Of a stretch of DNA of 64,000 nt, positions 31,312 through 42,456 are shown in pieces (the first letter of the stretch is position 1; the number at the start of each line of letters is the position of its first letter). A model generated the notes under the pieces. That model had not been told where the DNA came from, did not search any database, and worked only from the letters and a program-made list of their open reading frames with translations. Position numbers and translations under genes: made by a program. This DNA is from Spirochaetia bacterium (GTDB lineage: Bacteria > Spirochaetota > Spirochaetia > WTKD01 > G963693115), in the NCBI GenBank assembly GCA_965226055.1, contig CBDDCA010000005.1, forward strand, positions 544,001 through 608,000, read 5' to 3'.

Positions 31312-31923
31312 ATGCTTAAACTATTTATGAGCGTGTCATTATCATTGACACTAATAATATCTGTAATGTCCTGTGCAAGTAATTCAAAAACAGTAACTCG
31401 TACTTCTACAGATACAATAACCGATTTCAGCGGAAAATGGAACGATACTGATAGTCGTCTTGTCTCTGAGGCAATGATTGATGATATGCTAAAAGCTGCG
31501 TGGATCAGTCGTTTTAAGGCTGAAAATAACAAGGACCCTGTTGTCATTACGGGATATATTCGCAACAGAAGTTCCGAACATATAGAAACAACAGCTTTTA
31601 TTAAAGACATAGAAAGAGCTTTTATAAATTCTGGACAAGTTACTATTGTAGCAAATGCAAATGAACGATCACAAATCCGAACAGAAAAAGAAGATCAACA
31701 AACGCAAGCCTCTTTTGAAACAATAAAAAGATTAGGAGAAGAAACTGGTGCTGATTTTATGCTCATCGGAACAATTATTTCACAAACAGATGCAGTAGAT
31801 AATTCAACTGCAGTGACCTATCAAGTGGATCTTGAGCTAATAAATATAGAAAATACACAAAAAGCATGGATAGGCACAAAGAAGATTAAGAAAGTAATAG
31901 ATCAAGAAGCATATACATTTTAA
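31312..31923 (+). CDS. LpoB-family lipoprotein (PBP activator-like)
   Basis: Lipobox VMSC; DFSGKWNDTD, RNRSSEHI, ETGADFML.G.I. Confidence 0.85.
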   Translation: MLKLFMSVSLSLTLIISVMSCASNSKTVTRTSTDTITDFSGKWNDTDSRLVSEAMIDDMLKAAWISRFKAENNKDPVVITGYIRNRSSEHIETTAFIKDIERAFINSGQVTIVANANERSQIRTEKEDQQTQASFETIKRLGEETGADFMLIGTIISQTDAVDNSTAVTYQVDLELINIENTQKAWIGTKKIKKVIDQEAYTF

Positions 31924-31930
31924 TATTGCC

Positions 31931-33043
31931 ATGCATAGCAAAAAAAAGAATAGTAAAAAAAGTTCTTCATTATTTCTACTCATTACAGTGTCGCTGTTTC
32001 CACTTATTTTCATACTCTTTAGTGTTATATCCTGTGCAAGCACAAGTAATACCGCTTCCTCCTCCAGCGACACTGCACAAGATAGACCTCAAACAACCAC
32101 AGGAACATTGCCTACAGTGTTCCTAAACCCAAACGAAACATACAATAATGCCCTATACCTTGTTGCTGTAGGGAGCGGAGATAGTTTAGAACAGGCACGA
32201 CAATCTGCATTATCAACGCTTTTACAACAAATTGAAGTGAGCATTGATACTAGCTTTGAGACAAACGAAAGCTATCAAGAATCATCTGGTTCTGCAGACA
32301 TCAGTACACAAATATTTGATTCCTCTAAAAGCTCAAGTGCAGGCACACTCATAGCGGTAGAGTATGGAGAAAGCCATCAAGACAATGTGGGAAGATTATA
32401 TGCTATTGCATATATCAACAGACAGAAAGTAGCCAATATTTATCGTGATAGAATTGAAAAAAATGAAAAAGAAATAGAACAGTTATTACAAAATGCAGCG
32501 ACAAAAGAAAAGCTAGATCAATATGCTCAATATCTAAAAGCACTAAATCTTTCTAAAAAAAATCAAGCACTCATACAGCAGCTAGAGGTCATTTCTCCTA
32601 TATCAGCAACAACACAAAAAAACAGCCCTACTACCATCAATGGCTTGCTACGCTCTGCTGCACAATCTTTGCAATTTTCCATTGAAACAAACATAGACAA
32701 TGATGTAGCTGACATTGATTTACAGAATAAACTGACTTCTGCAGTGTCTGAACTCTTGAGCAATTTGCAATTTCAAATTGTAACAAGTGGAGAAACATAT
32801 AGAGCTACTGCTTCTGTAAATTGGAGTGAAGAAACAAACGATTACCCAACTATTTTTTGGAATATTAACTTTACTATATCTGAAGTGATAGATGCAGACA
32901 ATGGAGTTACCATTATTAGTAAAAACAAAAGAGGACGATCAAAGGGTATAAATACGGATGCTGCACGCAGACTTGCTATTAACGATATTTCTACAGTACT
33001 CAATAAAACATTTATTGAATACATTAAAACTACTATACCTTAG
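31931..33043 (+). CDS. LPP20-like lipoprotein
   Basis: Lipobox VISC; [27 protein letters not shown] typical of LPP20 domains; follows the lpoB-like gene. Confidence 0.7.
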   Translation: MHSKKKNSKKSSSLFLLITVSLFPLIFILFSVISCASTSNTASSSSDTAQDRPQTTTGTLPTVFLNPNETYNNALYLVAVGSGDSLEQARQSALSTLLQQIEVSIDTSFETNESYQESSGSADISTQIFDSSKSSSAGTLIAVEYGESHQDNVGRLYAIAYINRQKVANIYRDRIEKNEKEIEQLLQNAATKEKLDQYAQYLKALNLSKKNQALIQQLEVISPISATTQKNSPTTINGLLRSAAQSLQFSIETNIDNDVADIDLQNKLTSAVSELLSNLQFQIVTSGETYRATASVNWSEETNDYPTIFWNINFTISEVIDADNGVTIISKNKRGRSKGINTDAARRLAINDISTVLNKTFIEYIKTTIP

Positions 33044-33681
33044 TTGCTATCAGTAGAGTTGGTATCTGCAAGTATTTGTGGTGGAGACCTCCCTTCTTCC
33101 ACAAAAATAAGTGCTAAAGAATTCATACAATAGCGAAGTCCCGTAGGCCTTGGACCATCTTCAAATACATGTCCTAAATGAGAACCACTTTTAGAATCTA
33201 TAACCTCAATACGGATAATACCAAAACGTTTATCCACCCGATACCGTACCGCATCATCATGAATTGGTCTTATAAAACTTGGCCAGCCAGTACCAGAATC
33301 AAACTTATCTTCTGAAGAAAAGAGTGGTTGTCCTGTTGCAGCAGAATAGTATGTGCCTTTTTTATAAAATTTATCATATTCACCACTAAAAGCTCTTTCT
33401 GTTCCTTCTTCTCGAAGAATACGAAATTGCTGAGGGCTGAGTATTTGCTTCCATTCTTCTTTGCTCATTTGAACAGGAAAAGTTGCTTCTTTGGAAACAA
33501 AAAGCTCCTCTTTTATCCAATCAAGTGCTTCGGGATATGCTCTCCGCTCCACACTTTTTATAGCTTGAGAAACTAATTCCTCTTTATTAGATGAAAAAAA
33601 ACTAGAAAACATAATAGCCGTCCCTATCAGTAAAAATATATATAAAAATTTTGAGAGTCTCATACTATATATTATAATCAT
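33040..33681 (-). CDS. msrB: Peptide-methionine (R)-S-oxide reductase with N-terminal signal/TM
   Basis: [33 protein letters not shown]. Confidence 0.94.
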   Translation of the reverse strand: MIIIYSMRLSKFLYIFLLIGTAIMFSSFFSSNKEELVSQAIKSVERRAYPEALDWIKEELFVSKEATFPVQMSKEEWKQILSPQQFRILREEGTERAFSGEYDKFYKKGTYYSAATGQPLFSSEDKFDSGTGWPSFIRPIHDDAVRYRVDKRFGIIRIEVIDSKSGSHLGHVFEDGPRPTGLRYCMNSLALIFVEEGRSPPQILADTNSTDSN

Positions 33682-33701
33682 TTTGTGCTATATATCAATA
33701 T

Positions 33702-35714
33702 ATGATATCAAAAAATTTTGAATATGCTACAAAAGGACTTATCTGTTCTGCATCGGGGTGGAGAAAAAAATTTCTTCTTAGTAATAACTATTTACAAGAC
33801 TATGATGCTTTATTTTTTTATTATGCAATACAGAGCTTTATCTATCTGCAAGAAAAAGAACAAGCAAAGCTCATACACAATGCGAGCAATAGCAAAAATA
33901 CAACAGCACTTCAGTTTGCGGTTGCCCTTGATACCAGAGCAGCAAGTAAAGAGCTTGCCACCATAGCAATGTATGCTATACAACAGTATCAGTCAACAAC
34001 AATAAAGCAGCGTTCTGTGCGTCATAGCAGCAAGATGCTTGGCATAGTACCAATTCCTGCAGCACTTGCCTATACTAGCGTGCATGCAGATGCACTTATA
34101 TTTATAACAGCAAGCCATAATCCTAAAGAATACAGTGGCATAAAATTTTGTCAAGGGAATGGGCAAGTACTTGTACCAGAAAAAAATAAAAAATTGGTAT
34201 CTTTATGTATGAACACGACAAAAAAGGTATTGCATAACACCATAAGCAATGAACAAAAAGAGCTGTTATCTCTCATACGATCAAATTTAGTTACTACAGA
34301 GCATAAGAAAACATCTCATATTCTGTCAACTACTCCTGCAGACGCTACTAACAATACCATAGATATGCATACTATACATACTACGATAACAAAAGAATAT
34401 GCTACCATACTTGATAAAGCAGTACTCCGTAATAGCTCTCATCAGTCATATGAACATACTCAAAAACTTTTTATGCAAAAAATAAAAGCATACAAAAAGC
34501 ATTTACAAGTCCATCCTGCTCTGATATGGGATGTAAACGGGGGAGCTCGCTGTTGGAAAGGAGATACTACAATTTTTAAGCAATATGGAATACCAGTGCA
34601 GAGAATAAATACTAAACCAGGAGTATTTACCCATGAAATCGTCCCTGAAGGGACTGCTTTAGAACAGGCATCATACACTTTGCATGCTTATAATACAAAA
34701 AAAGCTACTTCTTCTATAAAAAATAAGAACATGTATTTATTTGCAATGATTAGCGACTGTGATGGAGATAGAGGAAATACTATACTGTATGATTTTGAAA
34801 AGCAATCATGCAAAACTTTATCAGCTCAAGAAATTTTTGCTCTTATTCTTACGATAGAGCTAGCATGGGAGCATTTTATTCAAAACAATAGTGCTTCTGA
34901 CACTACTTCTGATACTACAGCTCAAAAGAAACATGTACAGCAAACATTAGCAGTAGTGATAAATGATGCAAGTTCTGTAAGAATAGACACTATTGCACAA
35001 CAATACTCTGTTCCTGTATTTCGAAGTGAAGTGGGAGAAGCAAATATAGTATCACTTGCTTCAGAACTAAGAAAAAAGAATTTCACTATTCCATTGTCAG
35101 GAGAGGCTTCTAATGGAGGTATCATTATGCACCCTTCTTTTGTACGTGATCCTCTGCATACCAGCTTTAGTCTCTTAAAAGCAGTATTGTTTTTTGAAGA
35201 ATTATTTCCTCATCTTAGTGCTTCCAAAGTACCACATAAAACACAGCACATAAGCAATACTATAAACCCTCTTATACTTCTTGCTCGCTCTTTGCCGAAA
35301 GCGGCTAGTACTTCTACTGAGGATGCATTAGCAAAGCTCACTATTCCTATAATATCTATGTCGCAGGTATTTTACCGCATTATACATAACAGCAAACCGC
35401 TTATCAAAACTATCAGTACTCTTTTTAAGAATAAAGGCATAACACTTGATTCTCATGCTTTTATTGCCCATTCAGGAAAAAAACACACTGTTATACAGAC
35501 CGATACTCTTATAGAGAACAATACACTCAATGGTGGGCTTTCTCTCTATTTCTATGCACAGCAACACAGTCCTATAGCTATGCTGTGGTTACGAAAAAGT
35601 GCTACAGAACCAGTGGTACGTATTATTGCTGATGTTGTAGGAAACCATGCTTTCTCTCTGGAACGAGCATTATTAAAGCTATGGAGAACATACATAACCA
35701 CCATTCTTACATAA
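33702..35714 (+). CDS. Phosphohexomutase (PGM/PMM family), spirochaete type
   Basis: SASGWR, TASHNP, DCDGDR, EVGEAN, GEASNGG, RKSATEP. Confidence 0.85.
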   Translation: MISKNFEYATKGLICSASGWRKKFLLSNNYLQDYDALFFYYAIQSFIYLQEKEQAKLIHNASNSKNTTALQFAVALDTRAASKELATIAMYAIQQYQSTTIKQRSVRHSSKMLGIVPIPAALAYTSVHADALIFITASHNPKEYSGIKFCQGNGQVLVPEKNKKLVSLCMNTTKKVLHNTISNEQKELLSLIRSNLVTTEHKKTSHILSTTPADATNNTIDMHTIHTTITKEYATILDKAVLRNSSHQSYEHTQKLFMQKIKAYKKHLQVHPALIWDVNGGARCWKGDTTIFKQYGIPVQRINTKPGVFTHEIVPEGTALEQASYTLHAYNTKKATSSIKNKNMYLFAMISDCDGDRGNTILYDFEKQSCKTLSAQEIFALILTIELAWEHFIQNNSASDTTSDTTAQKKHVQQTLAVVINDASSVRIDTIAQQYSVPVFRSEVGEANIVSLASELRKKNFTIPLSGEASNGGIIMHPSFVRDPLHTSFSLLKAVLFFEELFPHLSASKVPHKTQHISNTINPLILLARSLPKAASTSTEDALAKLTIPIISMSQVFYRIIHNSKPLIKTISTLFKNKGITLDSHAFIAHSGKKHTVIQTDTLIENNTLNGGLSLYFYAQQHSPIAMLWLRKSATEPVVRIIADVVGNHAFSLERALLKLWRTYITTILT

Positions 35715-35730
35715 ACAAACAAGGCTATTG

Positions 35731-37056
35731 CTAGGAGATTTGTGATAGAGCTTGCTTAAAATCATCAATAATATCGTCACTATGTTCAATGCCAACAGAT
35801 ACTCTGATAAGTTCGGGAGAAATGCCTGTTGCTTTCATTTCGTCTTGACTTAACTGATTGTGAGTAGTTGAGGCGGGATGTATGGCAAGTGTTTTTGCAT
35901 CGCCTACATTGGCAAGATGGCTTGCAAGCTGTAATGCTTCGACCATGCTTTTTCCTGCAGTTTCTCCTCCTTTTAATCCAAAAGCAAGCATGCTTCCAAA
36001 CAAGCCTTTTCGAAAATATTTCTTTGCACTTTCATATGAAGCATGAGATTGTAGTCCAGGATATGATACCCATGCTACCTTTTTATGTGTTTCTAAATAC
36101 TGTGCTAAGTGTAAGGCATTTTCACAATGTTTTTCAATTCGTAGCGATAGGGTTTCAAGCCCTAATAGCATGAGAAATGCATTAAATGGACTGAGTGAAG
36201 GGCCGTAGTGTTTTAGTGCTTCTCTGCGTAAAAAGCTAACAAGCACAGTATTCTTTCCTGTATGAGGCCCATACTCATCCCAAAATAGTATATCTTTATT
36301 CATAGGAGAGGGTTTTGAAAAATTAGGAAATTTATCGCTGTTCCAATTAAAATTACCAGCATCTATGACTATCCCTGCCAACGCAGTGCCATGCCCTCCT
36401 ATCCATTTTGTAGCAGAATGTACTACTACATTTGCTCCCCAATCAATAGGGCGACAAATATACCCGCCTCCACCAAAGGTATTGTCAATTACCAGAGGAA
36501 TACCATGCTTTGCTGATACTGTAGCAATGGCCTCTATATCTGGTATACTCAGATTAGGGTTACCAAGTGTTTCAATAAAGATACAACGAGTATTATCGTC
36601 TATATGTTTTTCATATTCTTCTGCTTGTGTTGAATCAACAAAACGTCCTTCTATGCCAAAACGTTTAAGGGAATATTTTAGCTGTATGGTTGTTCCACCA
36701 TACAAATGCGATGTAGATACAATATTATGCCCTACCCCCGCTATTGCGGTAAACGCAAGCATGAGAGCAGACATGCCAGTACTTGTTGCAATAGCATCAG
36801 TACCGCCTTCTAGCATTGCCATACGTTGTTCAAACACCTCAGTGGTAGGGTTTTTTTGTCGCGAATAGGTATAGCCTTCTTGTTTCTGCTCAAAAAGATT
36901 GGCTGCGTGTTCAGTGCTATCAAATACATATGATGTTGTCATATAAATAGGCACTGCACGGGCATTTCTATCCTTATGTGGAATAAGTCCTGCATGTAAC
37001 TGCTGAGTTTGAAAATGACATTTTGCTAAATGTTTCTTATTATCACGGTAAGACAT
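35731..37056 (-). CDS. O-acetylhomoserine sulfhydrylase (MetY/Met17-like) PLP enzyme
   Basis: VPIYMTTSY, YSRQKNPT, DNTF, HSATKWIGGHG, LANVGDAK, IHPASTTH. Confidence 0.9.
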   Translation of the reverse strand: MSYRDNKKHLAKCHFQTQQLHAGLIPHKDRNARAVPIYMTTSYVFDSTEHAANLFEQKQEGYTYSRQKNPTTEVFEQRMAMLEGGTDAIATSTGMSALMLAFTAIAGVGHNIVSTSHLYGGTTIQLKYSLKRFGIEGRFVDSTQAEEYEKHIDDNTRCIFIETLGNPNLSIPDIEAIATVSAKHGIPLVIDNTFGGGGYICRPIDWGANVVVHSATKWIGGHGTALAGIVIDAGNFNWNSDKFPNFSKPSPMNKDILFWDEYGPHTGKNTVLVSFLRREALKHYGPSLSPFNAFLMLLGLETLSLRIEKHCENALHLAQYLETHKKVAWVSYPGLQSHASYESAKKYFRKGLFGSMLAFGLKGGETAGKSMVEALQLASHLANVGDAKTLAIHPASTTHNQLSQDEMKATGISPELIRVSVGIEHSDDIIDDFKQALSQIS

Positions 37057-37156
37057 ACCTATATATTACCATATGTTAATATAAAAAACAAGAAAATTAC
37101 AAAATGCCATTTTCTTCAATCAATATAGCATGCACTCTCTTTTTATATGTACTACC

Positions 37157-40100
37157 CTACGATGAGGGACATGCTACTTTATCAGATGTATCCCTTGGGT
37201 ACTGTGTTGTTTTCCCAAACATAGCTGAACCATCAAATATATCTTTTACTTTAACATTAATTTTACACAATTTCCATGATGATAAATCTTGATCAAAATT
37301 AATGGTATCTTCAAATATACCAGAAGCAAACCGAACATTCCCAACATTCCAATTTCCTATATCTTGATTAAAGGCTCTTGCGTCAAAAAACATAAGGGAC
37401 ATACTAGTTACTTCCTCAACATTCCAACTTCCTATGTCTTGATTAAAGGCTCTTGCTCCCCTAAACATACTATCCATAATTACTACTTTCCTTGTATCCC
37501 AATCTCCTATGTCTTGATTAAAAGCAGTTGCTTTTTTAAATACGCCCTCCATATTCGTTACATTACTGGTATTCCACCGTGTTACATCTCCATTAAAAGT
37601 ACTATCACTATCAAATAAACTTTGTATATTAGTAATGGCACTGGTGTCTATCATGTTGAGGTTGGGGCTAGGGTTACTATTCCCTCCTGTAGCTTGCCTT
37701 GTTTTTTCTTCACTGATAATAGTTTGCAGTGCTGATTTTGTCGTTGGTCTGTAATAGCTAGCTACTTGTCCTGCTAGTTTTACAAGTCCTGTCTCTACAT
37801 TGATAGTCGCAAGTGCTTTTTGTCCCGAGTATGCTCCCGCAGAAGTAATCGTACACTCCACTACCTCGTAGTTATACTCAGTTATAGCTGTATCATGTAT
37901 GTTTGATTTATTTGCTGTGCCTGTTATTGTTATTGTATTGGTATTTTTTGCAAATGTTACTGTTAGGCCTGTTTCTTCTTTGAGTGTGCTGTTATCGTTA
38001 TCTATTGTGCTTTCATCACAGGTAAAGGTAAGTCCACTAGGACTGATACTGGTAAGTACTCTCGTTGTATTTTGTGCGAGTGCTGTGCCTACTGTTGCTG
38101 ATACCTTTGTGGCATTTCCTATTGATACTGCTGGCGTACTGGCAGATACTGCTGTTGCTTCTGCTGATACCTTTGTCTTTTTGAGGCTGTTTACTGCTAC
38201 TGCGGTGATATAGTACTTTGTATTCAATCGTAGATTGCGTATTGTATAGCTTGTTGCTCCTGTTGGCACATCGTCTTTTTCTGCTCCTTCTTGTGCATCG
38301 CTTGCTGCTTTTGCCTGTGTTTTTACTGTTACTCCATCTATGTCTGTTTTTGAGGCTGCATAATACACTATATAGTCTATTTGATTATCTCTTAAATCAG
38401 TTCCTTCTGCTGTCGTTCCTTTTACGGTTGGGGCTGTTATGGTAAGTACTATGGTTACTCCTTGTGCAGTTGCTTGTATGGTAGGCTTTCCTGGTGATGC
38501 ATAGGCTTCTTTTGCGATAAACTCCTTGCGTAGTCCTGTTGCTTCTTTGTTGGTATCAGTGCTGTTTACTGCTTGCACTACTATTTCGTAGCTTGTGCCT
38601 ACTGTCAATCCTGTCAGAGTGCTGTTGGTTGTGCCTGCTGCTACTGCTGTGGAGCTTCCTGCTGCTGTTTTTATTTGTGCTACTGTCCTTGTTGTACTGC
38701 CATTTTTAGCTACTTTGTATACTTTGTACGATACTTGTGCTGTTGTTAGGGTAGCTCCTTTATTTGTTTTGTGACTTGCACTGAGGCTGGGAGCTGTCCA
38801 CGATAGCCTTGCACTTCCTCCTGTTACTCCCCCTACTTGTATGTTGCTTACTTCTGCGGGGGCAGTCGCCTGCGATGCTGTCGTTACGCTTGCCACTGTT
38901 GAGGATGCTACTTTCTTGCTAGGGTCTGTTTTTACTGCTACTTCTACCACAAAGTAATACTTTGTCGCTCCTTTTATTGCTACTACTGGTGCTGTGTCTG
39001 AAGACAAGCCTAAACTGGCAAGGGCTGGTACTGTGTACACTCCGCTACTTGCACTGCCTAGGTTTACTTTTCTGCCTGCAAGTACTTCTGCTACTGTAGG
39101 GTCAGTGTCTTTCTGTAAGCCATACACTGTGTATACTAGCTGATTACTTGCTGTTATGCTTGTGCCATCGTAGTCTTTTGCTCCTGTAAATGTGCTTAGC
39201 TCGGTAAGTACCAGCTTTATTGTTCCTGCTGTGTTTGTTGACTGTGATACTACCAACTTTCCTGTGAGTAATGACTGGCTGGGTGCTACTGCTTTGGAAG
39301 TATAGACTTCCTTTATTTCTGTTACATCGGTGTAAAAGCCTGCAGGAAAGAGCTTGTCGCTATTTGTTGCATCGTAATTGGGGGATGTCGTGTTTACTAT
39401 CCTTACTCCTATGTAGTAGTCTTTTGCTGTTTCTATGGGCGTTGCTCCTGCATTGCTTCCACTGGTGCTGTCTACTATTGCTATGGATATTGTGTCTTGA
39501 GTTGTTCCTGTTGCTTTTGTGTATTTTGCTACTCTTGTACTGCTTTTCTCTGTTGCCCATAAAGCCGATACGCTGGCAGGCTTTCCTGTAGTATCTTCTT
39601 TCTTGAGATATAGCACATAGTAGGCAAGGTCTGTCGCTTCAAGGGCATTGCCATTTGCCTTGCTCACTCCTGCTATTGCTGAGGCATTTACTTGTACTGT
39701 TATGACTTTTTTCCCTCTATTGCCTCCTGAAGTAGGCACTGCAAATACTACTGCATTACTGTTAGTGTAGGTGGTGCTTTTTGGGGTATTTGGTGGTGCA
39801 GTAAGTGTTGCTTTCTTTATTGTTGCTGATGCTCCTGTACTATACGAAGGGTTGAGGCTGTTTATCGCTTCTACTCCTGCGGTATAGTCTGCTCCTTTTG
39901 TTCCTATAAATGTTGCTTTTAATGGAGTGCTGTTTCCTGCTAGCTCCCGTGTTTGTACTCCTGCAAGGGCTTTTATTTCGTCTAGTGTCTTTGTGCTATG
40001 ATCTCCTGCTGCTATGTATACTTTGTATTGTATTTGTGCCTGTGTGAGTTTTGCTCCACTAGGTGCTTTGTTATCATTAGTAATAGTACCTGCACTAAAT

Positions 40101-42283
40101 GTATAGGCTGCTTTTGCAGTTGTTTGGGTTACTGACTCTACGGAGAGCTTTGCATCTTTTGCAGCGGGCGGTGCTGTCGAGGTGCTATCGTATACTGCTA
40201 CTGCATCAGCAAGTGCGGTTACGGGGCTTACTCTGTTATTTGCTATTTGCAGAAAATCAAAGCGATAATTCTTGGCATTTGCTTGGCTCTTGGGTACTTC
40301 TACGCCATCTGCTATCCCAAAGCTAATGGTGGTTGCTGTGTTTGTTATGCTTTTTTCTGCTATTAAGGTAGCTCCATCTTTCATACGCAAAGTATAGTAT
40401 CGTCCTATGCCTGGAGCTTGCTTAAAAGTTGCTTTTATCTGTATAGCTCCTGTTGTGTCTAGGGTAGGCTTGCTTTGAAAGAGATCTTCTGAGGGAGCTG
40501 TGAGTGAGTTGGGGGTTGTTATGTCTTTTGTTGCTTGGCTACTTTTGTTTTCTGAGTAATCAAGCGTGAGTATTGTTATGGTATATGTTTTTCCTTGCAC
40601 AAGTTCTTCTACAGAGAGTGATGTTGTGGGATAGGGTATTTTTTTTTCGCTCAGTACTGTAGTGCTTGTGTCTTTTTCTGCTATGCTCACGCTGTACTCT
40701 TTTATGTCTTTGTTGTTGGCTTTTGTTGCATCGGGGGCTGTCCATGTTATCTGTGTGCCTATCTTTGCTGCTGATACAAAAGGATAGCTTGCTTGTATGC
40801 TTGTTACTGCATCGGGGGCGGTGCTATCTGCTTCTGTGCTGACTGTGGCTGTTGCTTCTGTTCCTTTGTTGCCTGCACTGTCCATTGATACGACTGCCAC
40901 TGTATACTCGGTGGTTGCTTTGAGGCCTGGTATCTGCGTGTTGCGTACTGTTCTCTCTGTTATTGTCACTGTCTTTGCCGCGGTACTGCTGTCTTTTTCT
41001 GTTGCTGTTATAGTCACTCCTGCGTAGTCTCGTACATCGGGGGCTTGCCAGCCTACTACTAGGCTTGTTGCTCCTCCTGTGGCACTCACATTGCTTACAG
41101 GCTCTGTGCTTTTGTCGGTTGTTGCTTGTTCTTTTGATACTGCAGTGGAGTACTTTCCGTTTTTAAAAACATACACTTCTACTTTGTAGGTAAGCGTGCC
41201 ATAGAGTTTTGTGAGTGCTATGCCATCCTTTGCTACATACACAGTGGCGTACTCTCTGTTGTCTGCACTTGCTCCGCTGACATTTGTTGCACTTGTGTCT
41301 TTATCTATTGTCTCCTCTGCTACTACTGTATTTGTTGCGGTTGCTGTTACTCGTACTTGGAGGCTTTTTTCTGTACTTCCTGTTCCAAAATCAAAACTCC
41401 CCCACGTAATAAGCAGGCTTTCATCGGCTGGACTATTGCTTTTATCGTTTGCTGTTACTGTAAGGTCTGATGCGGAAAGTGGCGTTACTGTTTGTGAGAG
41501 TGCTGATGGCACTATGCCTCTGAGTGCTTGCTTTGCCGTACTTTTGTTACCATTGCTATCTTTGTACACTACCACTATATCATAGCTGATGCCGTCTATA
41601 GTGGGGACAGCAATGCTCACCTCTCCTTGTGTTACATCTTGTACTGATACTTCTGTCCTTACATTAGTAGTTCTTTCTATCACCTGTATTGTGGCTTCTG
41701 CTATGTCTGTCTTGCCTGACGAAAGCAGTGCTTTGTCCCATGTTAGCTTTATGCCATTTGTTGCTGATTCTACTGCTACCTGTGTAAAGGTGTCCTGTGG
41801 TGCAGTTTCATCGGTTAGTGTTGTCACAGAGCGGGTTGTTTTTGGTGATACTTCTGAGTCTGATTTTTGTGCTTCTATCTCTACAGTATAATCAGTGGTA
41901 GCATGCAAGCCTCTGAGGGTGTAGGGTCTGTTTTGTTGAAACAATGCACGATATTCTATTGCAGGAATACGCACTTCTATTGATTGTGCTGGTGTCGTTG
42001 ATGTAGCTTTTACGACTACATGCGTAGCATCGCTTGGAGCTTGCCAGCGTAACGAGAGTGTCCCATCGTTGCCTGCTGCTTGTATCTGCACATTGGACAC
42101 TGATGCGAGTGTCGGTGTTACTGAATTTCCCCCTCCGCCTGATGAGGAACTGCTACTCTCTGCACATCCTACGAGTACGAGGGTAGTTATTGCTAGCACT
42201 ACTAGTATAATTAGAGTTATACTATACTTACTTTGTAGCTTACCATTTATCTGATAGTTTAGTTTTTCATTACTTTTTTTCAT
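37157..42283 (-). CDS. Giant Thr/Ala/Ser-rich lipoprotein with many Fn3-like domains and a C-terminal BspA/DUF285 array
   Basis: Lipobox LVGC; Fn3 signatures (LRWQAP...GLHATTDYTV, GLKATTEYTV, GLTVGTSYEI); C-terminal FNQDIGxWNV repeats; AAGGAG RBS. Confidence 0.88.
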   Translation of the reverse strand: MKKSNEKLNYQINGKLQSKYSITLIILVVLAITTLVLVGCAESSSSSSGGGGNSVTPTLASVSNVQIQAAGNDGTLSLRWQAPSDATHVVVKATSTTPAQSIEVRIPAIEYRALFQQNRPYTLRGLHATTDYTVEIEAQKSDSEVSPKTTRSVTTLTDETAPQDTFTQVAVESATNGIKLTWDKALLSSGKTDIAEATIQVIERTTNVRTEVSVQDVTQGEVSIAVPTIDGISYDIVVVYKDSNGNKSTAKQALRGIVPSALSQTVTPLSASDLTVTANDKSNSPADESLLITWGSFDFGTGSTEKSLQVRVTATATNTVVAEETIDKDTSATNVSGASADNREYATVYVAKDGIALTKLYGTLTYKVEVYVFKNGKYSTAVSKEQATTDKSTEPVSNVSATGGATSLVVGWQAPDVRDYAGVTITATEKDSSTAAKTVTITERTVRNTQIPGLKATTEYTVAVVSMDSAGNKGTEATATVSTEADSTAPDAVTSIQASYPFVSAAKIGTQITWTAPDATKANNKDIKEYSVSIAEKDTSTTVLSEKKIPYPTTSLSVEELVQGKTYTITILTLDYSENKSSQATKDITTPNSLTAPSEDLFQSKPTLDTTGAIQIKATFKQAPGIGRYYTLRMKDGATLIAEKSITNTATTISFGIADGVEVPKSQANAKNYRFDFLQIANNRVSPVTALADAVAVYDSTSTAPPAAKDAKLSVESVTQTTAKAAYTFSAGTITNDNKAPSGAKLTQAQIQYKVYIAAGDHSTKTLDEIKALAGVQTRELAGNSTPLKATFIGTKGADYTAGVEAINSLNPSYSTGASATIKKATLTAPPNTPKSTTYTNSNAVVFAVPTSGGNRGKKVITVQVNASAIAGVSKANGNALEATDLAYYVLYLKKEDTTGKPASVSALWATEKSSTRVAKYTKATGTTQDTISIAIVDSTSGSNAGATPIETAKDYYIGVRIVNTTSPNYDATNSDKLFPAGFYTDVTEIKEVYTSKAVAPSQSLLTGKLVVSQSTNTAGTIKLVLTELSTFTGAKDYDGTSITASNQLVYTVYGLQKDTDPTVAEVLAGRKVNLGSASSGVYTVPALASLGLSSDTAPVVAIKGATKYYFVVEVAVKTDPSKKVASSTVASVTTASQATAPAEVSNIQVGGVTGGSARLSWTAPSLSASHKTNKGATLTTAQVSYKVYKVAKNGSTTRTVAQIKTAAGSSTAVAAGTTNSTLTGLTVGTSYEIVVQAVNSTDTNKEATGLRKEFIAKEAYASPGKPTIQATAQGVTIVLTITAPTVKGTTAEGTDLRDNQIDYIVYYAASKTDIDGVTVKTQAKAASDAQEGAEKDDVPTGATSYTIRNLRLNTKYYITAVAVNSLKKTKVSAEATAVSASTPAVSIGNATKVSATVGTALAQNTTRVLTSISPSGLTFTCDESTIDNDNSTLKEETGLTVTFAKNTNTITITGTANKSNIHDTAITEYNYEVVECTITSAGAYSGQKALATINVETGLVKLAGQVASYYRPTTKSALQTIISEEKTRQATGGNSNPSPNLNMIDTSAITNIQSLFDSDSTFNGDVTRWNTSNVTNMEGVFKKATAFNQDIGDWDTRKVVIMDSMFRGARAFNQDIGSWNVEEVTSMSLMFFDARAFNQDIGNWNVGNVRFASGIFEDTINFDQDLSSWKLCKINVKVKDIFDGSAMFGKTTQYPRDTSDKVACPSS

Positions 42284-42388
42284 AATGTTCTCCTTATAAT
42301 TATCTATTTATTGTATAATTATTATTATACATTATACACAAATATCATTATAGCATAAATACTATTTTTTGTGTTATATCTAAAAATT

Positions 42389-42405
42389 AAAAAAAAAAAA
42401 AAAAA
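42389..42405. repeat. A17 homopolymer upstream of the 1708-aa lipoprotein gene
   Basis: 17 consecutive A in intergenic DNA. Confidence 0.9.
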
Positions 42406-42456
42406 TGCGATGAAATACACAAAAATACATAGTAAAAAGTGATAATAACGCTACAT

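Noticed and set aside
37899-42254. Multiple plus-strand ORFs within the 1708-aa gene
   Set aside because: Antisense shadows from biased codon use.
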